From Eubacteriales bacterium (GTDB lineage: Bacteria; Bacillota; Clostridia; Oscillospirales; CAG-272), in contig JBGVQK010000054.1 in assembly GCA_045127455.1 (NCBI GenBank), positions 3,059-67,058 of the forward strand: a stretch of DNA of 64,000 nt. The letters are read 5' to 3'. This document shows, in pieces, positions 25,277 to 34,912 of this stretch (positions are counted from its first letter, which is position 1; each line of letters starts with the position of its first letter). The notes beneath the pieces are model-generated. The model saw only the letters and a list, made by a program, of their open reading frames with translations. It had not been told where the DNA came from and searched no databases. The translations under genes were made by a program, and so were the position numbers.

Positions 25277-27175
25277 ATGAAAAATGGTTTTTTGAAGGTT
25301 GCCGCCGCCACTCCCGTGGTGCGTTTGGCTGACACAAAAGCGAATTGCGAGGCACACGTCGCGCTGGCGCAAAAAGCGTATGTCGAGGGTGTGCGCGTGC
25401 TCGTATTCCCCGAATTGTCTCTCACAGGTGCTACTTGTGGGGACCTGTTTGCGGCTGACACGCTTCTTGCAGGTGCCGCAGATGCACTCAAGGCTTACCT
25501 TGATGCCACCAAAGAGATGGATATGATATCGGTTGTGGGACTCCCCTTTGCGGCTCACGCAAAGGTCTACAACACCGCCGCCGTTTGCCACGCAGGCAAG
25601 CTTTTGGGTCTTGTGGCACAGCGCAAAGTGAACGAGCGTCATTTTGCATCCGCCCCCGATTTTGTAGAGGAAGTATCCTTTGCAGGCGAGCATGTATCGC
25701 TTGGCACCGAGCAGATATTTGAGTGCGAAACGATGCCCTCTTTGACGCTTGCCGTTGAAATTGGCGCGGATCTGCACACGCTCTATGCCCCCTCGCTCTC
25801 TCATAGCGCGGCTGGCGCTACTGTAATCTGTCACCCCGCGGCAATGCCCGAGGTCGCTTCTAAAATGCCCGCACTCGACGTCATTCTCGCGGCGCACACT
25901 GCGCGCACGCACACCGCTTATATCACATCCCTTTCGGGTGACGGTGAATCGACTACCGACAATGCCTTTGGCGGCAAAAAGCTGGTGGTTGAGAACGGTG
26001 AAGTTGTAGCTGCATCCGTTCCATTTGATGGCTCCGAGCTTCTCATTACCGAAATTGATCTTGAAAGACTGATGCACGACCGCCGCCGCGCCAATCTTGT
26101 TGACCCCGGCAGCTGTCATACGGTTGTTCCCTTCTCTCTTTCGGTTTGCGAAACAAAGCTGACGCGCAAACTTGATGCCACACCTTTTTTCCCGATAGCG
26201 CCCGCTGAGCTTGCCGCACACTGCGAGCGCGTATTGACCGTTGCCGCGGCAGGACTTAGGACGCGCATTGTGCGCGCTTACGCAAAAAAGATCGTGCTTG
26301 GCATTTCGGGCGGTCTTGACTCCACATTGGCACTCCTCACAATGGTTCGCGCTATGGACTCCCTCGGACGTCCGCGCACTGACATTGTGGCGGTTACGAT
26401 GCCCTGCTTTGGCACGACCGCGAGAACCAAGACCAATGCGACCGTTCTTTGCGAGGAGCTTGGTGTCACCTTCCGTTGTGTTGATATTTTTGATGCGGTC
26501 AACGTGCATTTCCGCGATATCGGACACGATCCCGACCTCCGCGACGTCACTTATGAGAACGCGCAAGCGCGCGAGCGCACACAGGTTTTGATGGACATTG
26601 CCAACGATTGCGGCGGTATGGTCATTGGTACGGGTGACCTCTCCGAGCTTGCTCTCGGTTGGGCAACCTACAACGGCGACCATATGTCAATGTACGGGGT
26701 GAATGCTTCCATTCCCAAGACTTTGGTCGGTCACGTGGTAAGATATTGTGCCATTCAAGCCAAGGAAAACGGACAGGAAAAGGTTGCGACGGCACTCTTT
26801 GATATTCTCGACACGCCCGTCTCGCCCGAATTGCTCCCTGCCAATGCCGACGGTAAGATCGCACAAAAGACTGAAGATTTAGTTGGTCCTTACGAATTGC
26901 ACGATTTTTATCTGTATTATTTCATTCGTTACGGCTTCTCCCCCATCAAAATCTACCGCATGGCACAGAATGCTTGGGGCGAAAAGTACAGCGATGAAGT
27001 GCTGAAAAAGTGGTTGCAGGTCTTCTTCAAGCGTTTCTTTGCGCAGCAATTCAAGCGTTCTTGTCTGCCTGACGGACCTCAGGTTGGAGAGATCTCGCTC
27101 TCGCCCAGAGGCGGCTGGCAAATGCCTTCCGATGCCGCAAGCGCTTTGTGGATGAATGAAGTTGAAAAGTTATAA
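25277..27175 (+). CDS. nadE: Two-domain NAD+ synthetase with a degenerate glutaminase domain
   Basis: Synthetase motifs intact (GISGGLDST, ENAQARER, GDLSELALGWATYNGDHMS, QFKRSCLPDGP); the nitrilase domain reads EIGADL for EICEDL. Confidence 0.93.
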   Translation: MKNGFLKVAAATPVVRLADTKANCEAHVALAQKAYVEGVRVLVFPELSLTGATCGDLFAADTLLAGAADALKAYLDATKEMDMISVVGLPFAAHAKVYNTAAVCHAGKLLGLVAQRKVNERHFASAPDFVEEVSFAGEHVSLGTEQIFECETMPSLTLAVEIGADLHTLYAPSLSHSAAGATVICHPAAMPEVASKMPALDVILAAHTARTHTAYITSLSGDGESTTDNAFGGKKLVVENGEVVAASVPFDGSELLITEIDLERLMHDRRRANLVDPGSCHTVVPFSLSVCETKLTRKLDATPFFPIAPAELAAHCERVLTVAAAGLRTRIVRAYAKKIVLGISGGLDSTLALLTMVRAMDSLGRPRTDIVAVTMPCFGTTARTKTNATVLCEELGVTFRCVDIFDAVNVHFRDIGHDPDLRDVTYENAQARERTQVLMDIANDCGGMVIGTGDLSELALGWATYNGDHMSMYGVNASIPKTLVGHVVRYCAIQAKENGQEKVATALFDILDTPVSPELLPANADGKIAQKTEDLVGPYELHDFYLYYFIRYGFSPIKIYRMAQNAWGEKYSDEVLKKWLQVFFKRFFAQQFKRSCLPDGPQVGEISLSPRGGWQMPSDAASALWMNEVEKL

Positions 27176-27190
27176 CAAGTAAAAAAAGAT

Positions 27191-27216
27191 AGCCCCGAGG
27201 ATTTTTCCTCGGGGCT
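27191..27216. terminator. Bidirectional terminator between nadE and the SipW locus
   Basis: AGCCCCGAGG..CCTCGGGGCT, preceded by an A-tract and followed by a T-rich tail. Confidence 0.75.
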
Positions 27217-27225
27217 TGGTTTTTG

Positions 27226-27768
27226 TTATTGAACTGCAGTGATTTGATTGTTGGTAACGGTTACACCCCAGCTGCTTTGTGCGGCTTCTGCAGGGTTCGC
27301 CTGAATGGCTTCGGCAAACACATCAATGACCTGTCTGCAACCGTCCTCGCTTTTTAGAGTGAGTTTTTGCCCATTCAATAAGTCGCTTGTTTTGGTTCCC
27401 ACCGCAAGCGGTGCCCTGTAATAATAGGTATCGCTATTTGCAGACTTGATCCAATCATCCCCAAGCGTAAAGCTTATGGGTTCGGGTGCTTTGTTGATCA
27501 CATTGCCGCTTGCATCAACCCAATAGGTTACCAATCGCACACGAACAAACACATCAATATTGCTGTTGCTGTTATCGTTTGTAACGGTAATGTTGGATTT
27601 TTGGTTGGCGTCAAAGGTTTCCTCAAGCTTGCAAGAAACCTTTGCGGGAGCAAAACCGCCTGTTTCCAGCTCGGAAATTTTGATCATATAGGCAACAACT
27701 CCACCAACTGTTCCGGCGAACAGAACAGAGCAAATAATGATAATTGCAATCAGTTTTTGTTTTGCCAT
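27226..27768 (-). CDS. SipW-class secreted protein (TasA/BsaA-like minor subunit)
   Basis: Signal ends GTVGGVVAYM (GxxxAY/F type); F.PAKV..EETFD..K.NITV.N; DVFVRVRLV..W; EAIQA. Confidence 0.72.
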   Translation of the reverse strand: MAKQKLIAIIIICSVLFAGTVGGVVAYMIKISELETGGFAPAKVSCKLEETFDANQKSNITVTNDNSNSNIDVFVRVRLVTYWVDASGNVINKAPEPISFTLGDDWIKSANSDTYYYRAPLAVGTKTSDLLNGQKLTLKSEDGCRQVIDVFAEAIQANPAEAAQSSWGVTVTNNQITAVQ

Positions 27769-27769
27769 A

Positions 27770-30700
27770 TTAGTTCACCGCCCCAAAGATGTTTTTGAAA
27801 ATTTGAGAATTGGAATTCAGCCAAGCCTGATTGGTAGGAGCATTGGCAAAGGTAATTGTCACTTCGTTGTTATTCAGAGAAACTTCCTGCTTGTTTGTAA
27901 CGATATCATTGTATCTCCAAGACCAATCGGTCACCTGCTCAATCGTATACTCACCTTGAAGCAAGCCTTCAATGCGGACGGTAGGATTGGAGAACGATGC
28001 CGTAACATAGAGTGTGTTTGCATCGGCAGTATTTGTTATCTTGTAAACAAACACTTGCGTCTCGTCAATACCATCAAAGCTTCTCTCAATAGTCAACGAA
28101 CCCGTTTTGCGCTCAAACTTGGCGTAGAATGTGTTGACTTCTACCTCGCTCAAATCGTTTACAGAAGGAACATACTTAGCATCTGTTGTAATGAGGTTTT
28201 CACATTCTTCCTCTTTATACCAGCCAACAAATTCAAAATATTCGTTCGCGTTTGCGGTTGATCCATTAAAGGTTTGTGCACCAGAAGTGTACAATTTGTT
28301 CTCTGCTTCCGGTGAGGTATAGCCACCTAAAGTACCGATATCTTTCTTATCTCCTCCTACAAACGTAACCGCAACGTATCTGATATTATACTGAATAGGT
28401 TCGTAGTTAAATACAATTACGTTACTTGCTTCATTTTCTGTTATGGTAACGGAACCAACAGTGTTGATTGGTCGATAACCGGAAACAAGTTTTTTATCTG
28501 CCTCGGTCAGCTCATAGGTCACTTTTTCACCGTATTTTGCTGTGAGATTTGATTTTATCGGTTTTACATTTTCCACACTACTTTGAAGATAATGAATCTC
28601 GATATCATAGTTGTAGGAATTTCTCTTATAAAAAAGATTGATCTCAACACCAGCAACGGTAACTTCAAAAGAAATCTTATTGTCACTTGTAGTTACCGTA
28701 TTGTTGTAGGTAAAGCCAAGAATTTGAGGCAATTCGACCGTTTTAGTTGCAGGAATATACTGACCAGCCTGGTAAATATAAGGTACGGCTTCCTCAATAC
28801 TGGAATGTAGATCACAATTGCCCGTATTAAGTGTTGCCGCTGTATTTCCAAGTTTCTCGGTGTAAAAATTCACAACATAATAACCTGTCGGCTGCTCTTG
28901 TAACGTATACTCGAATTCAATCACATTTTTTTCGGTGTCACTTACATAATCTCCTTGGTCATTCTGCTTGATAGAAAGAACCAAAGATTTCTTATAAGAA
29001 TCCGGTGTGTAATACTTAATATTGTTAGGATCTGATTCGTCCGTATACGGGAAATACGAATGCACAACGTAGGAGCTTGTTGTTTTAACTTTTGCCTCGC
29101 CATCTACGATTTCTGTACCGTCTGCCAAAGAATCGTTAATGGGAAGACGTGCACCGGTTGCGGCATCCACATATCTAATTGTATACTCCAGTTCTCCATC
29201 AACATGGAAATACTTAAAAGCATATTCGTTCCCGAATTCGCCGATAACAATTGAGTGAGACTGAGAAATTGGGAAATAATTTGTTTGATATTGAGAATAC
29301 AGAGCACTACCAGCTTTTGCAACAAAAGTCTTTGTTGAGTTTTCGCGTGCTACACCCGTGGTAGGATCTGCTATTTGAATTGTTGATCCATTCTCTTCGT
29401 ACACATAATTTACTGTATAATCACGAGGAGTGGTTCCCTCCCAGACAGCAAATATTTCCATGTCTCCCTTGATAGGGGTATGAGCAGGGTCATATTTCTT
29501 TCTGGTCATACCATCCACATAAAACCATCCCATAAAGTGATCGTTATCGCGAGTAGGGTCTTTAACCGTTAGAGCATTATTATCTTTGGTTGAACCAATC
29601 ATTGTACCATGAGGAATTTTAACATTCTCATTACCATCGCCGCCAAATTGATACAAAAGGTCACCGTTCAAAGACTCATAAAACTTTACGGTATAGGTGT
29701 TTTTAACCCAGTATGCATGAAGAATAACATCCTCTTCGGGAATTGTAAAGGTATTGAGATCAACAATCGTAGCATCTGAGCAGGGGGATGTGCTACACCA
29801 GCCCTTAAATACATAGGCACCCGGCTCGAGTGTTGTGGGATAATAAGTGGCAAAATTTTTAGAAAGATCCCAATCAAAATCTACCAAACTATCCTTTAAC
29901 AAGCTGCCAAAAGGCTCATTTGTTACGGTATGAATTTCCACACCCTCATTTTTAAAGGTTATGGTTTGACTTGTGAGAAGACGGTAGTAGAAATAATATT
30001 TGTAAACATCTACCCCTTCATTGCTACCCGTAGTTGGGTCAACAACAACGTTAATGCATTCGTAACCGTCAAGCGAAATTTTTGTTTGATTTCCGATTTG
30101 ATCCTTTTCGGAATTATCAAATACAGAGAACGATCTGGACAAAAGATACCAAATCCCGTCCTTTTTTTGATAGGTTTGATCGTTTTGTACATAGGTGGTA
30201 CTACCGGAGGCTACGGAGTTAAGCTCCAGTTGCTTGCTTTCTGGAACCTGCAAATAGATGTGATACACAAATTCATGCGGAATGCTCCAGGCTATGTCGG
30301 CACCGTTTACCCAATAACAGAGATAGCTAACAATCGTATCGTCGTGGTATCCCGGAATGGTGTTATCAAACACAAGATTTTCATCAAGATACTGATATGC
30401 CCCCTTAATTGTTTGGTTGCTGTTATCCGTGCTGTATTTTACACCCTTTTGACCGTTCCAAGCACTAAAATAGGCTTTGCTCCATTGACAAGTGTGGTTA
30501 GTATGCTCTTCATCAATTTCAACAGATTCAAATTTGTCAACGGGCCAAACGGCAGATATGTCATCACCAAACGGTGCTACAAACTCAAAATAGTAATATG
30601 TGAAACCGTTTGCCTCCAACGTCCCAGTTTTCAGCTTATATTCACTTTTTAAGTTGGGATCCGTAATATAGTCTTCTTTAAGAGCAGGAAGATCTTTTAC

Positions 30701-32548
30701 CTTACCCCATTCGGTCGTGTTATTCAGCAACGTGGGGACTGCAGCCCACGCGTCCTCGTTGTTTATGCTATTTTTGTCGGCAAAATCACCAAAATTATAC
30801 GTTGTACCACCAACCACCTCATAGATACCTTCAGAATCCTTTCGTGCATAAAAGAATCTCAACGTATACTCTTTATGACGGTAATAAACATTGATAACCG
30901 TTGTTCCATCGCCTTCAATGATTACATTTTGATCGGCAGAGTCATAAACCAAATGGGTTGCGCCCATTTCACACTGAGAATTGTGCACATGTTCTTCAAG
31001 GCCGCAAATATAATTGTAGCAAGAATCATTATGCGTGTGACCGCATTTTAATGATGCACCATTGACAGAATATTTGTAAACATAATACCCATTATTTTCT
31101 GCTGTTCCCAACACTTCGCCGGAAACATAGTTCCCCATATTGTTTGCAGAAACGGCGTTTCCAATCTGATACCAAGTATTATTTACATACAGTTTTAGCC
31201 AGTAACGATTGTAATACTTATCAGTATCTGTTTGAATTGCATAAACGCTACCATTTTCGTATTGTCCGCTTTCTAATGCGTCAATGACATTTTTATCTCC
31301 AGAACCTAATGATCCTACATAGCTAAAAGGGGATTTAATACAGGCATCCGTGTGTATATGTCCACAAGGCATACAAATCGTTGTATGTGCATGTTCACTC
31401 GTAAAGCCACATATATAGCCAAAATCAATATCATCTGAACCACTCACAAGGCCCCCTGCGGTAGCATCTGTAACTGTTTTGGTGCCAAGAAGATACTGAT
31501 GTCCATTCTCTTCTTTTGCCCAGTAGACAATAACATATGAAGTTGCGCCTGCATCGGCAATCCAATCTGCCAGGTAGTAGCGGTTTTGAACCCCGATTGT
31601 TTTTGGCAAATTTGCCGCATTCAGTAAAGGAGCATTATTTGCCTTTTGATCCGGAATTCCGTCACTATTACTATCAACGGTAAGCTCATACCAACCATTA
31701 AAAGTGTATCCTGGTTTTGTGGGAACGCCAGTAGTTATATTTGCTCCGTAACGTTCATATATCTGATCAACGCCGAAACCATCGACGAGATTGAAGTTCA
31801 TCGAGTAGTATTCCCTATCGAAGTAAACCTGAAATACCGTACTTCCATCGGCAGCAACCATATCGGGAATAGCGTGAAGCAGTTTGTATCCTTGTTCAAA
31901 ATTCTCGGGCAAATTGGGGTTATCATCTATCATCGATGCTAATGCTTCATCAGAAAAGACACTTCCGGTTTTTGCTTTGTCGGAGAGTGAAAGAGCGGTG
32001 ATTTCTGTGTAACCATCTCCAACGGTATCTTGAAAATAATACCTAACGGTATAATTTACATCAGCCGCAGTGTAATAAACGTAATAAATAAGTTGATTGT
32101 TGCTATCAACATTGTTCAGATTGAACTTGAGAAGATTTGTTTCATTGTCAATTCCAACTCCATCATCATTGTAATTGAGCAATTTGGCATTCCGTTCTTC
32201 AGGCGTATCATCAGCGGATAATTCTACTTGTGTAACGTAAGATGCCTTGTAACCAACCAAAGAACGAACCAAAAATGTTTCGTTAAATGTTGTCTCGCCC
32301 GCACCAATAACGATATTCATAGGGTCCGGAAGATTGCTATCTACGTCAGCTGATGCATTTTGAGGATCGTAGCAATATATAACAACAATGTCACCGTGAT
32401 AGCCCACCAACGCATTGATTGCATCTTTGATGCCGGAGAAGTCGAAGGTGGGAAGGAATTCGACGGCGCTTGCCACAAAGGTGAGCATTTCGGTGGTCAA
32501 AAGCATGCAAATGCAGAGGATTACACATAAAATTTTCTTCATATTCAT
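27770..32548 (-). CDS. Large secreted adhesin-like protein (InlB B-repeat-like and MucBP-like modules, His/Cys motifs), no LPXTG/SLH/TM anchor
   Basis: Sec signal ending VASA; PTKPGYTFNGWY, YVFKGW, FMGWFY and FVGWY repeats; YTVRYY/YTVNYV/YTIRYV modules; C-terminal YTIEQVTDWSWRY..WLNSNSQIFKNIF; AT-richer than the core genes. Confidence 0.8.
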   Translation of the reverse strand: MNMKKILCVILCICMLLTTEMLTFVASAVEFLPTFDFSGIKDAINALVGYHGDIVVIYCYDPQNASADVDSNLPDPMNIVIGAGETTFNETFLVRSLVGYKASYVTQVELSADDTPEERNAKLLNYNDDGVGIDNETNLLKFNLNNVDSNNQLIYYVYYTAADVNYTVRYYFQDTVGDGYTEITALSLSDKAKTGSVFSDEALASMIDDNPNLPENFEQGYKLLHAIPDMVAADGSTVFQVYFDREYYSMNFNLVDGFGVDQIYERYGANITTGVPTKPGYTFNGWYELTVDSNSDGIPDQKANNAPLLNAANLPKTIGVQNRYYLADWIADAGATSYVIVYWAKEENGHQYLLGTKTVTDATAGGLVSGSDDIDFGYICGFTSEHAHTTICMPCGHIHTDACIKSPFSYVGSLGSGDKNVIDALESGQYENGSVYAIQTDTDKYYNRYWLKLYVNNTWYQIGNAVSANNMGNYVSGEVLGTAENNGYYVYKYSVNGASLKCGHTHNDSCYNYICGLEEHVHNSQCEMGATHLVYDSADQNVIIEGDGTTVINVYYRHKEYTLRFFYARKDSEGIYEVVGGTTYNFGDFADKNSINNEDAWAAVPTLLNNTTEWGKVKDLPALKEDYITDPNLKSEYKLKTGTLEANGFTYYYFEFVAPFGDDISAVWPVDKFESVEIDEEHTNHTCQWSKAYFSAWNGQKGVKYSTDNSNQTIKGAYQYLDENLVFDNTIPGYHDDTIVSYLCYWVNGADIAWSIPHEFVYHIYLQVPESKQLELNSVASGSTTYVQNDQTYQKKDGIWYLLSRSFSVFDNSEKDQIGNQTKISLDGYECINVVVDPTTGSNEGVDVYKYYFYYRLLTSQTITFKNEGVEIHTVTNEPFGSLLKDSLVDFDWDLSKNFATYYPTTLEPGAYVFKGWCSTSPCSDATIVDLNTFTIPEEDVILHAYWVKNTYTVKFYESLNGDLLYQFGGDGNENVKIPHGTMIGSTKDNNALTVKDPTRDNDHFMGWFYVDGMTRKKYDPAHTPIKGDMEIFAVWEGTTPRDYTVNYVYEENGSTIQIADPTTGVARENSTKTFVAKAGSALYSQYQTNYFPISQSHSIVIGEFGNEYAFKYFHVDGELEYTIRYVDAATGARLPINDSLADGTEIVDGEAKVKTTSSYVVHSYFPYTDESDPNNIKYYTPDSYKKSLVLSIKQNDQGDYVSDTEKNVIEFEYTLQEQPTGYYVVNFYTEKLGNTAATLNTGNCDLHSSIEEAVPYIYQAGQYIPATKTVELPQILGFTYNNTVTTSDNKISFEVTVAGVEINLFYKRNSYNYDIEIHYLQSSVENVKPIKSNLTAKYGEKVTYELTEADKKLVSGYRPINTVGSVTITENEASNVIVFNYEPIQYNIRYVAVTFVGGDKKDIGTLGGYTSPEAENKLYTSGAQTFNGSTANANEYFEFVGWYKEEECENLITTDAKYVPSVNDLSEVEVNTFYAKFERKTGSLTIERSFDGIDETQVFVYKITNTADANTLYVTASFSNPTVRIEGLLQGEYTIEQVTDWSWRYNDIVTNKQEVSLNNNEVTITFANAPTNQAWLNSNSQIFKNIFGAVN

Positions 32549-32563
32549 ATATGTAGTCCTCCT

Positions 32564-33205
32564 TTAATTATTTTTGACCGAATCCCACGCTTCGGTCGCG
32601 TTTTCAAAGCCGATGCTTTGCACAGCAATGGCTTTGACGGAAATAGAAATGTCCCCGCCTGTTTTTAAAGCGGAAAGATCGGCTGCGGTTGCCTGATTAC
32701 TGATGGCAACACCTCCGTTTACGCCGTTTTGATTGGTAAAGATTTGAACATCGGCAAGCACTACGTTGGGATCAAGTGCTCGATAGAACACAAATTTGTC
32801 GCCGTCGGTTATCAGGTGGGTCCAATCACTGTTGACCCCGAGAGTTGCAATTTCTTTTTCACCGTGCTTAATTTTCAGCATGTTCTCTGCGTACGTCCAA
32901 TGCTCTGAAGGTGTGATTACAACAAACACAAAGGTTGCCGATTCACTACCGGCAAAATCTAATTTAACTTCGTTTTTGGCAGTAATGCCAGGGGAAAGGA
33001 TGAGGTAGTTGTCGCCGGGTTGTGTAAGGGTAATATCGCCAAAGCGGATAACTCTTGCGCTGGCGGAGCTTGTGTTTTTGCTGATATAACGCGCGTAAAG
33101 CCCGTTGATAGCATAGGAAGAAAGCAGTACCGCGCACAAAAGCAAGAGGGCTACGTGCATCGTTGAAAACAGCGGTGCTTTATTATTCGATTTTAAAAAT
33201 TTCAT
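32564..33205 (-). CDS. SipW-class secreted protein (TasA-like minor subunit)
   Basis: NGLYARY then ARVIRF; ILSPG; shares its pattern with the 35091-35723 product. Confidence 0.75.
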   Translation of the reverse strand: MKFLKSNNKAPLFSTMHVALLLLCAVLLSSYAINGLYARYISKNTSSASARVIRFGDITLTQPGDNYLILSPGITAKNEVKLDFAGSESATFVFVVITPSEHWTYAENMLKIKHGEKEIATLGVNSDWTHLITDGDKFVFYRALDPNVVLADVQIFTNQNGVNGGVAISNQATAADLSALKTGGDISISVKAIAVQSIGFENATEAWDSVKNN

Positions 33206-33226
33206 AATTTACACCGCCTTTCGTGA

Positions 33227-33832
33227 TTAGTTTTCTTCCTTATTATTTATATCGGTGGTTTCTTGTGGGGGTTCGGCATCCTTTTTGAGTTCTTCGATCT
33301 CGCGGCGAATGGCGGCAAGCTCTTCGGCTTTTTTGTCTTTTTCCTTTTTAAAGGATGCTTCCAAGAGCCAAACGGCAGCGCCAAGCAAAAGGATGGTGCC
33401 AAACGGGGTTTTGATAAGATTGACGATGAGACCGATAAACGGAATGGCGAAAATGACCTTTCCCTTTATGTTCTCTTTTGCAATGGGGTCATCATCTGTA
33501 TTGTTTGCGTCACCGCGCGTGATGATCTTATCGCCGTTGATTGCGACGATGCGATGCACCACGGCAGTTCGCTGGGTTTGATAAACGACTACGTCGCCAA
33601 CCTCGTAGGTATCGGATGGGGTGACGATTAAAAGGTCGTCGACCGAAAGCTCAGGTTCCATGCTGCCCGAAAGAACGACCGTCATGCCAAAGCCAAACGG
33701 CATTGGGAGCGCGTTGCCGCCAAGCATGCTTGCATTGATTGAATAAATGCTAACACCAATAAGGACAGCCAACAGAACGAGAACCGAAATTCGAATAACT
33801 GATTTCAGTTGAATTTTCAAAACAAACTCCAA
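33227..33832 (-). CDS. sipW: Signal peptidase I, SipW (ER-type, Ser-His)
   Basis: VVLSGSMEP (Ser), VVHRIV (His), TRGDANNTDD, C-terminal TM. Confidence 0.93.
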   Translation of the reverse strand: MEFVLKIQLKSVIRISVLVLLAVLIGVSIYSINASMLGGNALPMPFGFGMTVVLSGSMEPELSVDDLLIVTPSDTYEVGDVVVYQTQRTAVVHRIVAINGDKIITRGDANNTDDDPIAKENIKGKVIFAIPFIGLIVNLIKTPFGTILLLGAAVWLLEASFKKEKDKKAEELAAIRREIEELKKDAEPPQETTDINNKEEN

Positions 33833-33838
33833 TTAACT

Positions 33839-34912
33839 TTATGAAATAACTACGGCACCGCCCGCCGAGGCGACAATGCGCTTTGCATCGGCAGAAGCAC
33901 TGTTTACAAAGATAACAAGCGGTTTTGTGAGAACAAAGTTGGGACTTGCCGTAAGGTGGATGCTGCTTGTATTAACAGGCACCAAGCCTCTTCTCTTTAA
34001 GGTTGCGAGGTTGATAACTGCAGCTCCATGGAAGTTTGCCGCCAACATTTCGAGGGTAATGGTTTGCGTGCTGCTGGGGGCTTCTTTCTTTTCTTCCTTG
34101 GGAGCAGGAACAAATTCGGGATCCACGATTCCTGCAAGTGCTTCCTTGCGCTTCTTAACGATTACAGCAATGGTAACGATTGCAGATATAAGAAGAATGC
34201 CTGCCGCCATTGCAAGGGCGAGGTTCTTGCCCATATCGGGGTGCCCCTCCCAACCGCCGTTGGCATCCAACGTGGTGTTTGCTACTGCGTGGAAGGTAAA
34301 GGAGATCTCAACGCCAACGTCTCTATCCTGATTGCCGAGCTCGGTATCAAAGCCGTCGTTTCCGCTCTCATAGGGCCATTGCCATTCAAAAACGTATTCG
34401 GCTGCTTTGGTCTTTTCGAGCGTGCCCGTGTGGCTGAGGCTTCTCAAATCCTGCAGGGTTGCCCATTGTTCATCGGAGCCGAGAACGTACTCGCCATCAG
34501 AGGTTTTCATTTTGACTTGCAGCGGAACCTGATATCTGGTGGAGAAAACGACCTTTGGCTTGAGCTCATAATCAAGCGCGTATTCGTCGGCATTGCGCAA
34601 ACGAACGGTGTAGGAAGAACCCGAGCCGGGGGCTATGACCTTATTCTCGTTGTTACTTTGAATAATGACTTCGCCGGATTCGTTTGTGTATTGGAGAGCA
34701 AAAAGGTGAACTTTGGCATCGTTGCCTACCTCAATTGTCACCTCGCGCTTATCCTGCTGTGCGTAGTCGGCAATGCGAATGCCGAGAAGAATGGTTGAGA
34801 GGAGCAAAAGCGTAATGGTAACAACCAAAAAGATGCGTTGCTTGTTGGATACCTGCAGCTTTTCCAATTCAAGGTCACTATTCACTTTTGTAGAGGCTTT
34901 TTCTTGTGCCAT
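33839..34912 (-). CDS. Two-TM protein: TasA-like extracellular domain plus a cytoplasmic uL15-like domain (putative filament base)
   Basis: TM1 IFLVVTITLLLLSTILLG; VIAPGSGSSYTVRLRN and YVFEWQWPYE; TM2 followed by KKRK; C-terminal LTKPLVIFVNSASADAKRIVASAGG, resembling the L15 C-domain. Confidence 0.72.
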   Translation of the reverse strand: MAQEKASTKVNSDLELEKLQVSNKQRIFLVVTITLLLLSTILLGIRIADYAQQDKREVTIEVGNDAKVHLFALQYTNESGEVIIQSNNENKVIAPGSGSSYTVRLRNADEYALDYELKPKVVFSTRYQVPLQVKMKTSDGEYVLGSDEQWATLQDLRSLSHTGTLEKTKAAEYVFEWQWPYESGNDGFDTELGNQDRDVGVEISFTFHAVANTTLDANGGWEGHPDMGKNLALAMAAGILLISAIVTIAVIVKKRKEALAGIVDPEFVPAPKEEKKEAPSSTQTITLEMLAANFHGAAVINLATLKRRGLVPVNTSSIHLTASPNFVLTKPLVIFVNSASADAKRIVASAGGAVVIS

